Positions 18,234 through 28,044 of a DNA stretch of 64,000 bases are shown in pieces; within the stretch, counting starts at the first letter, position 1; every line of letters starts with the position of its first letter. Source of the DNA: an uncultured Bacilli bacterium. Its GTDB lineage: Bacteria > Bacillota_I > Bacilli_A > RFN20 > CAG-826. The stretch is taken from positions 64,078 through 128,077 of the forward strand of contig CALWAS010000009.1 in the NCBI GenBank assembly GCA_944375905.1, read 5' to 3'. The translations under genes and the position numbers were made by a program. A model generated the notes under the pieces. That model had not been told where the DNA came from, did not search any database, and saw only the letters and a list, made by a program, of their open reading frames with translations.

Positions 18234-19425
18234 TTGCGATGACCTCCTCGACTTTAGTGCGGATTATACCATCCTTGAGATGGGCTTTTACGCTTTCCCC
18301 CGCCGCTATGCTCCTGGCCGAGACGAGGGGGCGGCCGTCTTTCTCAAGATAGGCATAGCCGCGCTCGAGAGTCCTTTCCGGCGAGAGCGAAGCAAGGGCC
18401 GCCTCGGCGCTCGAGAGCCGCCTTCGTAACGACGATGCCTTTTTCTCGAAGGTCGCCGATAGCGACCGCGAAAGGTAGTTGAGCCTTTCCTTCTTGCCTT
18501 CGTAGGAGGAAAGCGGCGAGAGGAAGAAAGGGTTCTGCCTAAGATGCTCGAGCTCGGAGCGGAGGAGCGAGAGGCGCTCGGAGAAAGACCTCCTCAGCCG
18601 CCGTCCCATTTCCTCGAGATAGAGCGAGACTTCGTCGATGTCGGGGCTCGCGAGCTCGCAAGCCGCCGTCGGGGTCGAGGCCCGAAGGTCGCTCGCGAAG
18701 TCGACGAGGGAGACGTCGATCTCGTGGCCGACGGCCGAGACGCAGGGCTTATGGAGCGAGGCGACGGCCCGGACGACCGTCTCGTCGTTGAAGGGGGAAA
18801 GGTCTTCGTTGCTTCCCCCGCCCCTGGCGAGAATCACCACCTCGGCATCCGAGGCATCGGCCGCCCGAAGCGAACCCACGATGGAGGCGGGCGCCCTTTC
18901 CCCTTGCACGTAGGCGCTATAGAGGACGATCGTGGCGAGGGGCCAGCGGCGCGGAAGGTTGCGGAGGATGTCGCTTTCGGCCGCCGAGCGGTAGCCGGTG
19001 ACCACCGCGATCTTTTCCGGATAGGACGGGATCTTCTTCTTTTCCCTGTCGAAGAGGCCCTCGAGCTTGAGTTTGCGGTAAAGCTCCCTGAGGGCGGCAA
19101 GGGATTTTCCCTCCCCCGCCTTCTCGAGGCGGTAGGCCTTGAATGTAAGCTTGCCCCGGGCTTGATAATAGCCGAGCTCCCCGTAGGCCACGATTTTGTC
19201 CCCGTCCTCGATCTTCGTCGCAGAACGAAGATAGACATCCCGCCAGACGAGGCAGGAGATGAGGCTCTTCTCGCCCTTGAGGTCGAAGTAGACGGCCGTC
19301 GAATGCTCTTTCTTCCCGCTTACCTCCCCAGTGATGGCAAGGCGCGAAAAAAGCCCGCTCTCCTCGATGATTCCCTTTAAGCGGAGGGATAGTTCGTCGA
19401 CGGAAAGGGGCTGCTTTTCGTTCAT
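18223..19425 (-). CDS. xseA: Exodeoxyribonuclease VII large subunit
   Basis: 400 aa. N-terminal OB fold (SVDELSLRLKGIIE...GEVSG), then ARGGGSNEDL. Paired with xseB. Confidence 0.85.
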   Translation of the reverse strand: MNEKQPLSVDELSLRLKGIIEESGLFSRLAITGEVSGKKEHSTAVYFDLKGEKSLISCLVWRDVYLRSATKIEDGDKIVAYGELGYYQARGKLTFKAYRLEKAGEGKSLAALRELYRKLKLEGLFDREKKKIPSYPEKIAVVTGYRSAAESDILRNLPRRWPLATIVLYSAYVQGERAPASIVGSLRAADASDAEVVILARGGGSNEDLSPFNDETVVRAVASLHKPCVSAVGHEIDVSLVDFASDLRASTPTAACELASPDIDEVSLYLEEMGRRLRRSFSERLSLLRSELEHLRQNPFFLSPLSSYEGKKERLNYLSRSLSATFEKKASSLRRRLSSAEAALASLSPERTLERGYAYLEKDGRPLVSARSIAAGESVKAHLKDGIIRTKVEEVIANGE

Positions 19426-19844
19426 TGTTTCTTCACGAGGACGTTATCGAGGATCGCGTTGACGAATCGATAGTCGGTTGCGTCGAGATATTCCTTGGCC
19501 AAATCGACGGCCACCGAGATGACGATGGCCTTGTCGATCCCTTCCTCGACGTAGAAATAATGGCAATAGGCATTGAGGAGGATGGCCTGCTCCACGCGGT
19601 TGAGCCGCTTCCAGGTCCAGCCCCGCATACGGCTTTCGAAGGCGGCGATCGCCTCGTCGAGGTGCTTGAGGGCGGAAATGGCGATTTCCTTCACGAAGAG
19701 CGGGGAGCGCTCATAGGAAAGGGAAGTCGCCCCTTCGACCGCGGCCTTCACGTCGATCGCCTCGCCCATGTCGAGGTAGGTGAGCTCGGTATAGACGGCC
19801 GCGAGGGCCCACTTATGACGGATGTTCTTGTCAGCTTTTTCCAT
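19422..19844 (-). CDS. nusB: Transcription antitermination factor NusB
   Basis: 140 aa. WTWKRLNRVEQAILLNAYCH and RFVNAILDNV, typical of NusB. The asp23-nusB-xseAB-dxs order resembles Bacillus. Confidence 0.8.
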   Translation of the reverse strand: MEKADKNIRHKWALAAVYTELTYLDMGEAIDVKAAVEGATSLSYERSPLFVKEIAISALKHLDEAIAAFESRMRGWTWKRLNRVEQAILLNAYCHYFYVEEGIDKAIVISVAVDLAKEYLDATDYRFVNAILDNVLVKKQ

Positions 19845-20316
19845 GTTTGCTCCCGCTTAGCCGGAATACTCTAGCATAGTTTAGATAGAAGATAAGCGCG
19901 AAAACTAGCCGCGCGAGATGATAGACGAGGCCGAGGAAATAGGCAAGGGGCGTTAGGAAGCCCCCTTCCCCCTCGAAGAGATAGGAAAGGGCGAAGAGAA
20001 GGAAATCGAGGGCGAGGAAAACCGGGAGGCCGAGCACCGTCCTTTTCCTTAGCTTCGCAAGGGAGAAGGAAAGAAGGATGCTCACTAGGAAGACGACAAT
20101 CGAGAGGAAGATGGCCCCCTCCTTCAAAAAGGAGCCTTCCCCGAGCGCCTTGAGGACGGATAGGACGAAGGCGCTATAGCCGTCGAGGAGGGCGTAGGCC
20201 TCCTCGTAGAAGAAGCCGACGATCCCGCCGATAAGGGAGAGCGAAGCACTGATCGGAAGGAAAAGCGCCCATTTCTGAGCGCCGGCTAGAGCTTCGTCGA
20301 AGCCCTTTTCCCTCAT
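19831..20316 (-). CDS. Integral membrane protein, unknown function (about 4 TM segments)
   Basis: 161 aa and strongly hydrophobic. It is overlap-coupled to the Asp23-family gene upstream and to nusB downstream. No family recognised. Confidence 0.55.
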   Translation of the reverse strand: MREKGFDEALAGAQKWALFLPISASLSLIGGIVGFFYEEAYALLDGYSAFVLSVLKALGEGSFLKEGAIFLSIVVFLVSILLSFSLAKLRKRTVLGLPVFLALDFLLFALSYLFEGEGGFLTPLAYFLGLVYHLARLVFALIFYLNYARVFRLSGSKHGKS

Positions 20317-20651
20317 AGGACGGAAACGACCTTGAGCTCGATCGCGAAGGGAACCGCTTCCGACATCATCGAGACGGCGGTCGCCACCCGCTCCTGGATG
20401 AGGAGGCAGGTATCCCGGACGTTGGCGGCCTTGCTTACGGAAACCTGGAGGGAAAGCTCGACCTTCCCGTCCCGGCGGAAAGCCGCGCGGACCGGCTCGG
20501 TGAGGGAAAAGCTCTTCTTCCCCTTGGAGCGGACCTTGGCGCCCTCGACGCTATTGGCGGCGATGGTCGCGATCGACTCGAAACTCTTCCTCGAGATGGC
20601 GATCTTCCCGGCGCCGCGGTAATTGTTCAGGTAATAGTAGTCGCTTGCCAT
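20313..20651 (-). CDS. Asp23/Gls24-family (alkaline shock) protein
   Basis: 112 aa. GKIAISRKSFESIATIAANSVEGAKV matches the DUF322/Asp23 N-terminal signature. Its position upstream of nusB matches B. subtilis yqhY. Confidence 0.7.
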   Translation of the reverse strand: MASDYYYLNNYRGAGKIAISRKSFESIATIAANSVEGAKVRSKGKKSFSLTEPVRAAFRRDGKVELSLQVSVSKAANVRDTCLLIQERVATAVSMMSEAVPFAIELKVVSVL

Positions 20652-20660
20652 GGCTTAATC

Positions 20661-22622
20661 CTAACACGCCTGCATGAGGTCTAGCACCCTTTCGAGCACG
20701 CTTTCGGCATCGAAATGGAAATGGGCGATGACTTCCTTGTCCTTGCCCGAGGCCCCGAAGGAGTCCATGGCAATGACGTTCTTCGCATAGCGGTAATAGA
20801 GGGCGGCCGTGTCCATCTCGATGGCGATCCGCCGCTCATAGGGAAGCTTGAAGGGCACTTTCTCCATCTTCTGGAGGAGGTTGAAGCTCGGGACCGAGAC
20901 GACCGCGGCTTCGATGCCCTTTTCGAGGAGGAGCTTCCTCACCTCGAGGGCGAGGGAGACCTCGCTTCCGGAGGCGAGGAGCTCGACGTCATTCCCTTCC
21001 TCGAGGCGGTAGGCCCCTTCCTTCGCCTTGTCGATCGAGCTATTGGCGAGGAGCGGGAGGTCCTGCCTCGAGAGGATGATGGCGGTCGGCCCGTCCTTTC
21101 TTTCGAGGGCGTACTCGTAGGCGGCGACCACCTCGCGGCCGTCGGCCGGGCGGAAATCGACGAGGCCCGGGATGAGGCGGAGGGCGTCGATCTGTTCGAT
21201 CGGCTCGTGGGTCGGGCCGTCTTCCCCGACGGCGATCGAGTCGTGGGAGAAGAGATAGATGGCCGGGAGGCGCTCAAGGGCGCTCATCCTCACCGCCGCC
21301 TTCATGTAGTCGCTGAAGACGAGGAAGGTCCCGCAATAGGTCCTTAGTCCCCCGGAGAGGAGCGCCCCGTTCATCGCGGCGCCCATGAAGAACTCGCGGA
21401 TGCCGAAGGCGATGTTCTTCCCGGCCCGGCTTTCCGGCAGGAAGAGCTTCTCGCCCGATAGATCGCTCTTCAAGGAGCCGGCGACGTCGGCCGCCCCGCC
21501 GAAAAGGGACGGGAGGTACGTCTTGAGGAGATTGAGATAGCGCCCGGAGGCGTTCCGCGTCGCCTCCTTCTCCTTCAGTTCATAGACCTCGCGGGGCGGG
21601 AGGACGATTTCTCCCTTGAGGGCCGAGAGGAGTTTCTCCCCTTCTTCCTCGTGAAGGGCGAGATAGGACTTCATCGCCTCGTCCTTCGAATCGAGGATGA
21701 GTTTGCCGCGGGCGGCGAAAGTCTCGCGGAGCCTCGTACGGCACTCCTCCTTCACGAGGAAGGGCTCATAGGGATAGCCAAGGACTTTCTTGGCCCGGGC
21801 GGAGCGCTCGAAGCCAAGCGGCGAGCCATGGCACTTGTGGGAGCCGGAGAGCTCGCTCCCGAAGCCGATCGTCGTGTTGACGATGAGGATGGTCGGCCTT
21901 TCCTTTTCATCAGGGGAGGTGGCCTCGTGGAGGGCATTTCCGATTTCCTCGAGGTCGTTGCCGTCCTTTACCTCATAGACACGCCAGTTGGCCGCCTCGA
22001 AGCGGAGAGCCACGTTTTCCTCCATCGAGACGGAGGTCGGGTTGTCGAGGGTCGATCCGTTGCGGTCGTAGATGAGGAGGAGATTGTCGAGCTTCTCGAG
22101 CCCGGCGAAGGAAATGGCTTCCTGGCTGATGCCTTCTTCGAGGCAGCCGTCCCCGGAGAGGCAATAGACCCGGTGGGAAAGGGCGTCTTCCGAGCCCGGG
22201 AAGCGGGCTTTGAGGGCCTTCTCTGCCATCGCCATCCCGACGGCTTGGGCGATTCCCTGCCCGAGGGGGCCGCTCGTTGCGTCGACGCCCGGGGTAAGGC
22301 CGTGCTCGGGATGGCCGGGGCAAAGGCTTCCGAGCTGGCGGAACTTCTTAAGCTCGTCCAAGGGTAGATCGTATCCGGCAAGGTGGAGCATCGCGTAGAG
22401 GAGAGCCGAGACGTGCCCGGCGCTCAGGACGAAGCGGTCGCGCCCGAAATGGGAGGGGCGCTTCGGGTCGGCGTTGATGAGGTCGCGGTAAAGGAGGTAG
22501 AGGGTCGGGGCGATGTCGAGGGCCATGCCCGGATGGCCGCTATTCGCGGTATCGATCTCGTCGAGGGATAGGGCCCTTAGGCAGGCGACAGCGAGGGCGT
22601 CGGTGGCATCGTAACGGTTCAT
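20661..22622 (-). CDS. tkt: Transketolase
   Basis: 653 aa. SGHPGMALDIAP, CLSGDGCLEEGISQEA, and HDSIAVGEDGPTHEPIEQ motifs. Confidence 0.9.
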   Translation of the reverse strand: MNRYDATDALAVACLRALSLDEIDTANSGHPGMALDIAPTLYLLYRDLINADPKRPSHFGRDRFVLSAGHVSALLYAMLHLAGYDLPLDELKKFRQLGSLCPGHPEHGLTPGVDATSGPLGQGIAQAVGMAMAEKALKARFPGSEDALSHRVYCLSGDGCLEEGISQEAISFAGLEKLDNLLLIYDRNGSTLDNPTSVSMEENVALRFEAANWRVYEVKDGNDLEEIGNALHEATSPDEKERPTILIVNTTIGFGSELSGSHKCHGSPLGFERSARAKKVLGYPYEPFLVKEECRTRLRETFAARGKLILDSKDEAMKSYLALHEEEGEKLLSALKGEIVLPPREVYELKEKEATRNASGRYLNLLKTYLPSLFGGAADVAGSLKSDLSGEKLFLPESRAGKNIAFGIREFFMGAAMNGALLSGGLRTYCGTFLVFSDYMKAAVRMSALERLPAIYLFSHDSIAVGEDGPTHEPIEQIDALRLIPGLVDFRPADGREVVAAYEYALERKDGPTAIILSRQDLPLLANSSIDKAKEGAYRLEEGNDVELLASGSEVSLALEVRKLLLEKGIEAAVVSVPSFNLLQKMEKVPFKLPYERRIAIEMDTAALYYRYAKNVIAMDSFGASGKDKEVIAHFHFDAESVLERVLDLMQAC

Positions 22623-22688
22623 CCAGTTTACCTCCTAGTATTTACTTGGTAGTTTATAGGTAGTTTTTATATTACAACGTAATATAAC

Positions 22689-24437
22689 TTAGTCTTTTTT
22701 AACCACGGCAATCGATAGATCTTCGAGTGCCTTCTCCGAGGCGTCGCCCGGGGCCCCGCTCATTGGATCGACGGCGAGCAGGTTCTTCGGGAAGGCGATG
22801 ACGTCGCGGATGTTCTCGGTGTGGGTGACGAGCATCGAGAGGCGGTCGAGGCCAAGGGCGAAGCCGCCGTGGGGCGGGGCCGCGTACTTGAAGGCATCGA
22901 CGAACCAGCCGAAGCGCGAGCGGACCTCTTCCTCGCTTAGCCCCATGAGGCGGAAGATCTTGTCCTGGAGGATGGGATCGTAGATACGGAGGGTTCCGCC
23001 CCCGGCCTCGTAGCCGTCGATGACGACGTCGTAGGCGTAGGCCAGGACCTTCGAGGGATCGCTATCGAGGTAGCCGAGATCCTCGTCGCGCGGACGGGTG
23101 AAGGGATGGTGCTCGGCGACATAGCGGCCCTCCTCCTCGTCGTAGGTGAACATCGGGAAGTCCACCACCCATAGCGCCTTGTGGGGCTTTCCGTTGGTTA
23201 GCCCGAGTTCCCGGGCGATCATGATGCGGATGCTTCCGAGGGCGAAGTCGGCCTTTCTCCGATTGTTCGAGAGCAAGAGGAAGATGGCGTCCCCGTCCTT
23301 TGGCGCGAGGCGCTTAACAAGGAGTGCCTTCCCTTCCTCGGAGAGGAACTTGAGGCCGCTGCCGAGGAGCTCGCCGCCTTCCTCCTTGAAGAGGAAGAGC
23401 GGGCCTTCGAGGCCGTTTTTCCTAGCCTCGAGCTGAAGGGCGTCGAGCTTTTTCCTGGAGGCCTTCTCGGCATAGCCATCGACTTTGAGGGCCCGTACGA
23501 AGGAACCGTCCTTCGCGCCTGGGAAGCTTGAAAGCGGGACGATGTCGTCGAGAACGCTCATCTTGAGCTCATAGCGGAGATCGGGCTTGTCGCTCCCGTA
23601 AAAATCCATGGCATCCCAATAGGCCATCCTTTCGAAGGCCGGGAGCTCGATGCCCTCGGCGTCAAGGAAGATCTTCCTTACGAGGCCTTCCCCGAGCTCG
23701 AGGATCTCGTCTTGGCTAAGGAAGGAGCACTCGACGTCGATTTGGGTGAATTCCGGCTGGCGGTCGGCCCTGAGGTCCTCGTCGCGGAAGCACCTGGCGA
23801 TCTGGTAGTAGCGCTCGATGCCGCCGACCATGAGCAGCTGCTTGAAAAGCTGCGGGCTCTGGGGGAGGGCATAGAAGCGGCCCTGCTTCGTCCTCGAGGG
23901 GACGAGGTAATCGCGGGCCCCTTCCGGGGTCGCGAGGTTGAGGCACGGGGTCTCGACCTCGAGGAAGGCGTTTTCCTCGAGATACTCCCGGGCCGCGCGA
24001 CAGATTTTGGCCCTGGTCCTCAGCCTTTTGGCGAGGATTGGGCGCCGCAAGTCGAGATAGCGGTATTTGAGACGCGTCTCCTCGAGGGCATCGGTTTCGT
24101 CGGCGATGATGAAAGGCGGCTGCTCGCTTTTCGAGATGACCGAGCAGGATATCGCCTTGACCTCGACTTCCCCGCTTTCGAGCTTTTTGTTGGCGACCGG
24201 CTTCTTCTCGACGGTCCCCTCGATCGAGAGGAGGTATTCGTTATGGACTTCCGGGCAGAGGCTCGGGTCGTCGAAGCGGATTTGGCAAATGCCGCTCCGG
24301 TCGCGGATGTCGAGGAAGAGGATGCCGCCGAGGTTGCGCTTGGTCACGAGCCAGCCGGCGAGCCGCACTTCCCTTCCTTCGTCTTTCAGGCGGAGATCCC
24401 CGCAAAGGGCATTCCGCATCTTTCCTTCGTTAATCAT
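22689..24437 (-). CDS. aspS: Aspartate--tRNA ligase
   Basis: Class IIb motifs FRDEDLRADRQPEFTQID and GGFALGLDRL. I take ATG 24437 (MINEGKMRN...), 4 nt after the hisS stop. The track ORF extends into hisS. Confidence 0.9.
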   Translation of the reverse strand: MINEGKMRNALCGDLRLKDEGREVRLAGWLVTKRNLGGILFLDIRDRSGICQIRFDDPSLCPEVHNEYLLSIEGTVEKKPVANKKLESGEVEVKAISCSVISKSEQPPFIIADETDALEETRLKYRYLDLRRPILAKRLRTRAKICRAAREYLEENAFLEVETPCLNLATPEGARDYLVPSRTKQGRFYALPQSPQLFKQLLMVGGIERYYQIARCFRDEDLRADRQPEFTQIDVECSFLSQDEILELGEGLVRKIFLDAEGIELPAFERMAYWDAMDFYGSDKPDLRYELKMSVLDDIVPLSSFPGAKDGSFVRALKVDGYAEKASRKKLDALQLEARKNGLEGPLFLFKEEGGELLGSGLKFLSEEGKALLVKRLAPKDGDAIFLLLSNNRRKADFALGSIRIMIARELGLTNGKPHKALWVVDFPMFTYDEEEGRYVAEHHPFTRPRDEDLGYLDSDPSKVLAYAYDVVIDGYEAGGGTLRIYDPILQDKIFRLMGLSEEEVRSRFGWFVDAFKYAAPPHGGFALGLDRLSMLVTHTENIRDVIAFPKNLLAVDPMSGAPGDASEKALEDLSIAVVKKD

Positions 24438-25737
24438 GGTGATGTTCCCCTTCTTCGCTTTCTTCTTTCCTTCCAACGTGGGCATCGAGTTCGGCGGCAA
24501 GGTTCGAAAGGTCGATCTCGACCTGCTCGACTTTGTCGAGGTCCTTCAGGTTGGCCTTGCCCTTCTTGAGCTCTTCGTCCCCGTAAATGAGGGCGAAGCG
24601 GGCCTTCGCGCGCTCGGCGCGCTTGAAGTAGGCCCCGAGCTTCGCCGGTTTCGGGGCGAGCTCGGCGCTATAGCCGTTGAGCCGCGTCTCGACGAGAAGC
24701 GGCACGCTTGCGCGATAGGCCTCTTCCCCGATCGGCATGAGGTAGACGTCGAGCCGGGTTTCGCTCCCCTTGTCGAGCCCTTCGTCCATGTAGGAGGCAA
24801 TGAGGCGCTCGAGGCCGACGGCGAAGCCGACGCCTGGCAGCGACGGCCCCCCGATCTCGCCGAGGAGATCGTCGTAATGGCCGCCCCCAAGGACGCTTCC
24901 GTAGTCCTTCGCCCCGGAAAGGGCGATCTCGAAGACGAGCCCGGAGTAGTAGTCGAGTCCCCTTACGAGGCCGGGATCGACCTCGAAGTCGACGCCGAGA
25001 TCCTGAAGATAGGCAACGATTTGCTTGAAGCGCTCGCGGTCCTCGTCGACGAGGTAATCGAGAATCGAGGGCGCGCCCTTGGCGAGTTCCTTGTCGTGCT
25101 CGACCTTGCAGTCGAGGAGGCGGAGCGGATTGGTCTTGATCCGGCGCTGGCAGTCCTCGCACATTTCCCCGACGTGGGGTTCGAAATAGGCGACGAGAGC
25201 CTTCTTATAGGCCTCGCGGGAAGCCTTGCCACCGAGGCTATTGATCTTGGCCTTCACCTTCCTGAAGCCGAGGTAATAAAGCGATTCGACGGCCAGTAGG
25301 AGGGTTTCGGCATCGAGCCAAGGCGTCGATTCCCCGACGCATTCGACCCCGAACTGGTTGAATTCCCGGTATCTCCCGAGACCCGGCCGCTCATAGCGGA
25401 AGAGCGGGCCGTGGTAATAGAGCTTGAGCGGGAGATCCTCGCTCGCGTAGAGCTTGTTCTCGACGATGGCCCTCGCCACCCCGGCCGTGTATTCGGGACG
25501 GAGGGTCAGGCTACGGCCGCCTTTGTCGAAGAAGGTGTACATCTGCTTCTCGACGACGTCGGTCGTCCCGCCGGTCGAGCGCTCAAAGAGGGAAGTCGAC
25601 TCCATCATCGGGGTCTCGATGGGCGAATAGTGGTAAAGCTCGGCCATCTCCGAGAGAATGGAGACGATCTTTTCCTTCACGGTCGCGTAGTGGCCATAGA
25701 CGTCCATCGTCCCTTTCACTTTCTGAAAACCAGCCAT
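24430..25737 (-). CDS. hisS: Histidine--tRNA ligase
   Basis: 435 aa. KGTMDVY, RYREFNQFGVE, and GGGHYDDL class IIa motifs. It lies only 15 nt after rel, so there is no room for a T-box leader. Confidence 0.9.
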   Translation of the reverse strand: MAGFQKVKGTMDVYGHYATVKEKIVSILSEMAELYHYSPIETPMMESTSLFERSTGGTTDVVEKQMYTFFDKGGRSLTLRPEYTAGVARAIVENKLYASEDLPLKLYYHGPLFRYERPGLGRYREFNQFGVECVGESTPWLDAETLLLAVESLYYLGFRKVKAKINSLGGKASREAYKKALVAYFEPHVGEMCEDCQRRIKTNPLRLLDCKVEHDKELAKGAPSILDYLVDEDRERFKQIVAYLQDLGVDFEVDPGLVRGLDYYSGLVFEIALSGAKDYGSVLGGGHYDDLLGEIGGPSLPGVGFAVGLERLIASYMDEGLDKGSETRLDVYLMPIGEEAYRASVPLLVETRLNGYSAELAPKPAKLGAYFKRAERAKARFALIYGDEELKKGKANLKDLDKVEQVEIDLSNLAAELDAHVGRKEESEEGEHHHD

Positions 25738-25752
25738 GATCTTATTTCCTTT

Positions 25753-27990
25753 CTAGTGGATGATCCGCTTGCCGTCGTAGACGCCCCGGACTCCCTTGAG
25801 GGCCGTGAAGACGTCGTCGAGGGTCCCGGCATCGGGAACGAAGACGGTCATCGCGATGATGCAATTCATGTTCTCCTTGATGAGATGGGCCTTGAGGTCG
25901 CTGCAGACGATGCCCTTGCTCGAGAGCATCACGAGGATGTCGGCCAGAAGGTTGGCCCGGTCGTTGGCATACACCTCGATGTCGACCGGGTAGGTCGCCA
26001 CCCCGAGGTCGTCGCGCCAGCGGGCTTCGAGCAGCCGCGTCGAGGAAGCGACGTTCGGGCAATTGGCCCGGTGGACGATGATTCCCTTGCCCTTCGAGAC
26101 GAAGCCGACGATATGGTCGCCCGGAATCGGGGTGCAGCAATGGGCGAGGCCGATCATCACGCCCTCCCCGCCGTCGATGACGACCGGGCAGGAGGAGGAA
26201 CGCTTGTCAGCGCCCTTGAGGAGCTTCGGGGCCCTTTTCTCCCGCTTCACGTTGAGGAAGTCGAGGAGGCCCTGCGGAGTCGGCGATTTCCCGGCCACCA
26301 TCGCATAGAGGGCATCGCGGCTATCGACGTGGAAGTTCGCAAGGACCCGTTCCTCGCCAAGGAGGCGGTCCATCTCGCCCGGGCCGATGCCTTCCTTCTC
26401 GAAGACGGAAAGGCACCACTCGCGTCCTTTCCTCACGAGGGCCTCGCGGCTTTCGACGGAGGCCTCCCGCTTCTGGATGGCCTTCTTGATGTGGGCCTTC
26501 GCCGAGGAGGTCTTGGCGATGTCGAGCCAGCCGAGGTTCGGGCCGGGCGAGGTTTTCGAGGTCTTGATCTCGCAGACGTCGCCGGTCTTGAGCACGGTGT
26601 TGAGCGGAACGAGGGCGCCGTTGACCGTCGCTCCGACGGCCTGGTCGCCGACCTTCGTGTGGATTTTGTAGGCGAAGTCGAGGGTCGTCGCCCCGGTCGG
26701 GAGCTCGATGACCTTCCCTAGCGGGGTGAAGACATAGACGTTCGCGTTGAAGATGTCGTTGGAGAGGGCGGCCATGAACTCCTCGGCCGAGCCCTTCTCC
26801 CCTTCCCCCGACATCGAGACGAAGTCGCGGAACCAGTGGAGCTTTTCCTCGATGTCCCGCTGCTCTTCCTTCGGGTTGTAGTTTTCCCCTTCCTTGTAGC
26901 GCCAATGGGCGGCGATGCCGGTCTCGGCGATCTTGTCCATCTCCTCGGTCCTAATCTGAACTTCGTAGATGTTGCCGTCCCCCGAGACGATGGTCGTGTG
27001 GAGGGATTGGTACATGTTCGGCTTCGGCATCGCGATGTAATCCTTGAAGCGGCCCGGGATCGGCTTGTAGGTCGCGTGGATGATGCCGAGGATCTCATAG
27101 CAGTTCATCTCGGTCTTCGTGATGATGCGGATGGCAAGGACGTCGTAGATCTCGTCGAAGGTGTAGCCCTTCTTGTACATCTTGCGGTAAATCGAGTAGA
27201 TCGACTTGACCCGGGACTCCATCCTGAAGGGTATCTTGTGCTCGAAAAGGATGTCGGCGATCCTTTTCTTGAGCGAGGTAAGCGACTCCTGGCGGTTGGC
27301 CTCCCGCTGGTTGAGGAGGTCGAGGATCGTCTTGTATTTCTCGGGCTCGAGGTACTTTAGCGAAAGGTCCTCCATCTCGCTTTGGATCGTGTAGATGCCA
27401 AGCCGGTGGGCGATCGGGGTAAACACCTCGAGCGACTCCTTCGCGATGGCCTTCTGCCGTTCGGGGGAAAGGGAATCGAGGGTCCTTAGGTTGTGGAGGC
27501 GGTCGGCGAGCTTGACGAGGATGACGCGCACGTCGCGGGCCATCCCGAGGAAGATCTTCCGGTGGTCCTCGGCCTCGAAGTCGGTTTCCTTCCGCTTCGA
27601 GAGCTTCATCCGCTGGATCTTGGTGAGGGAATCGACGATGAGGGCGACGTCGTCCCCGAAGCGCTTCCTTATTTCCTCGATCGTGAGATCGGTGTCCTCG
27701 ACCGTGTCGTGGAGGAGGCCCGAGGCCAAGGTGGCCGGGCCCGCCTCGAGCTGGGCGAGGATGTAGGCGACCTCGATGGGATGCTGGATATAGGGTTCGC
27801 CCGACTTGCGGAAGACACCGGCATGCTTTTCCTTGGCTAAAAGGTAGGCGTCCTCGACTATCTTCCGGCCCTTTTCCGACTTGATGTAGACGAAATAAAG
27901 GGCCTTGAGGTCCTCGAAGGTATGCATGGGGTAGCCGCCGTTGGGCACGAGTTTCTTTTCTTGCTCCATTGCGGAGGAATTATATATCAC
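25753..27990 (-). CDS. relA: Bifunctional (p)ppGpp synthetase/hydrolase Rel
   Basis: 745 aa. HD hydrolase region (RKSGEPYIQHPIEVA, LLHDTVEDT), synthetase region (YRSLHT-like QSLHTTIV), and TGS and ACT regions. The track start is a GTG. ATGs at 27969 or 27927 are alternatives. Confidence 0.88.
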   Translation of the reverse strand: MIYNSSAMEQEKKLVPNGGYPMHTFEDLKALYFVYIKSEKGRKIVEDAYLLAKEKHAGVFRKSGEPYIQHPIEVAYILAQLEAGPATLASGLLHDTVEDTDLTIEEIRKRFGDDVALIVDSLTKIQRMKLSKRKETDFEAEDHRKIFLGMARDVRVILVKLADRLHNLRTLDSLSPERQKAIAKESLEVFTPIAHRLGIYTIQSEMEDLSLKYLEPEKYKTILDLLNQREANRQESLTSLKKRIADILFEHKIPFRMESRVKSIYSIYRKMYKKGYTFDEIYDVLAIRIITKTEMNCYEILGIIHATYKPIPGRFKDYIAMPKPNMYQSLHTTIVSGDGNIYEVQIRTEEMDKIAETGIAAHWRYKEGENYNPKEEQRDIEEKLHWFRDFVSMSGEGEKGSAEEFMAALSNDIFNANVYVFTPLGKVIELPTGATTLDFAYKIHTKVGDQAVGATVNGALVPLNTVLKTGDVCEIKTSKTSPGPNLGWLDIAKTSSAKAHIKKAIQKREASVESREALVRKGREWCLSVFEKEGIGPGEMDRLLGEERVLANFHVDSRDALYAMVAGKSPTPQGLLDFLNVKREKRAPKLLKGADKRSSSCPVVIDGGEGVMIGLAHCCTPIPGDHIVGFVSKGKGIIVHRANCPNVASSTRLLEARWRDDLGVATYPVDIEVYANDRANLLADILVMLSSKGIVCSDLKAHLIKENMNCIIAMTVFVPDAGTLDDVFTALKGVRGVYDGKRIIH

Positions 27991-28044
27991 ACGGGCGCGC
28001 GGGAGGAGGGGCGCCCGCGCCTTGGAAAAGAGTCCCCCCTTCCC

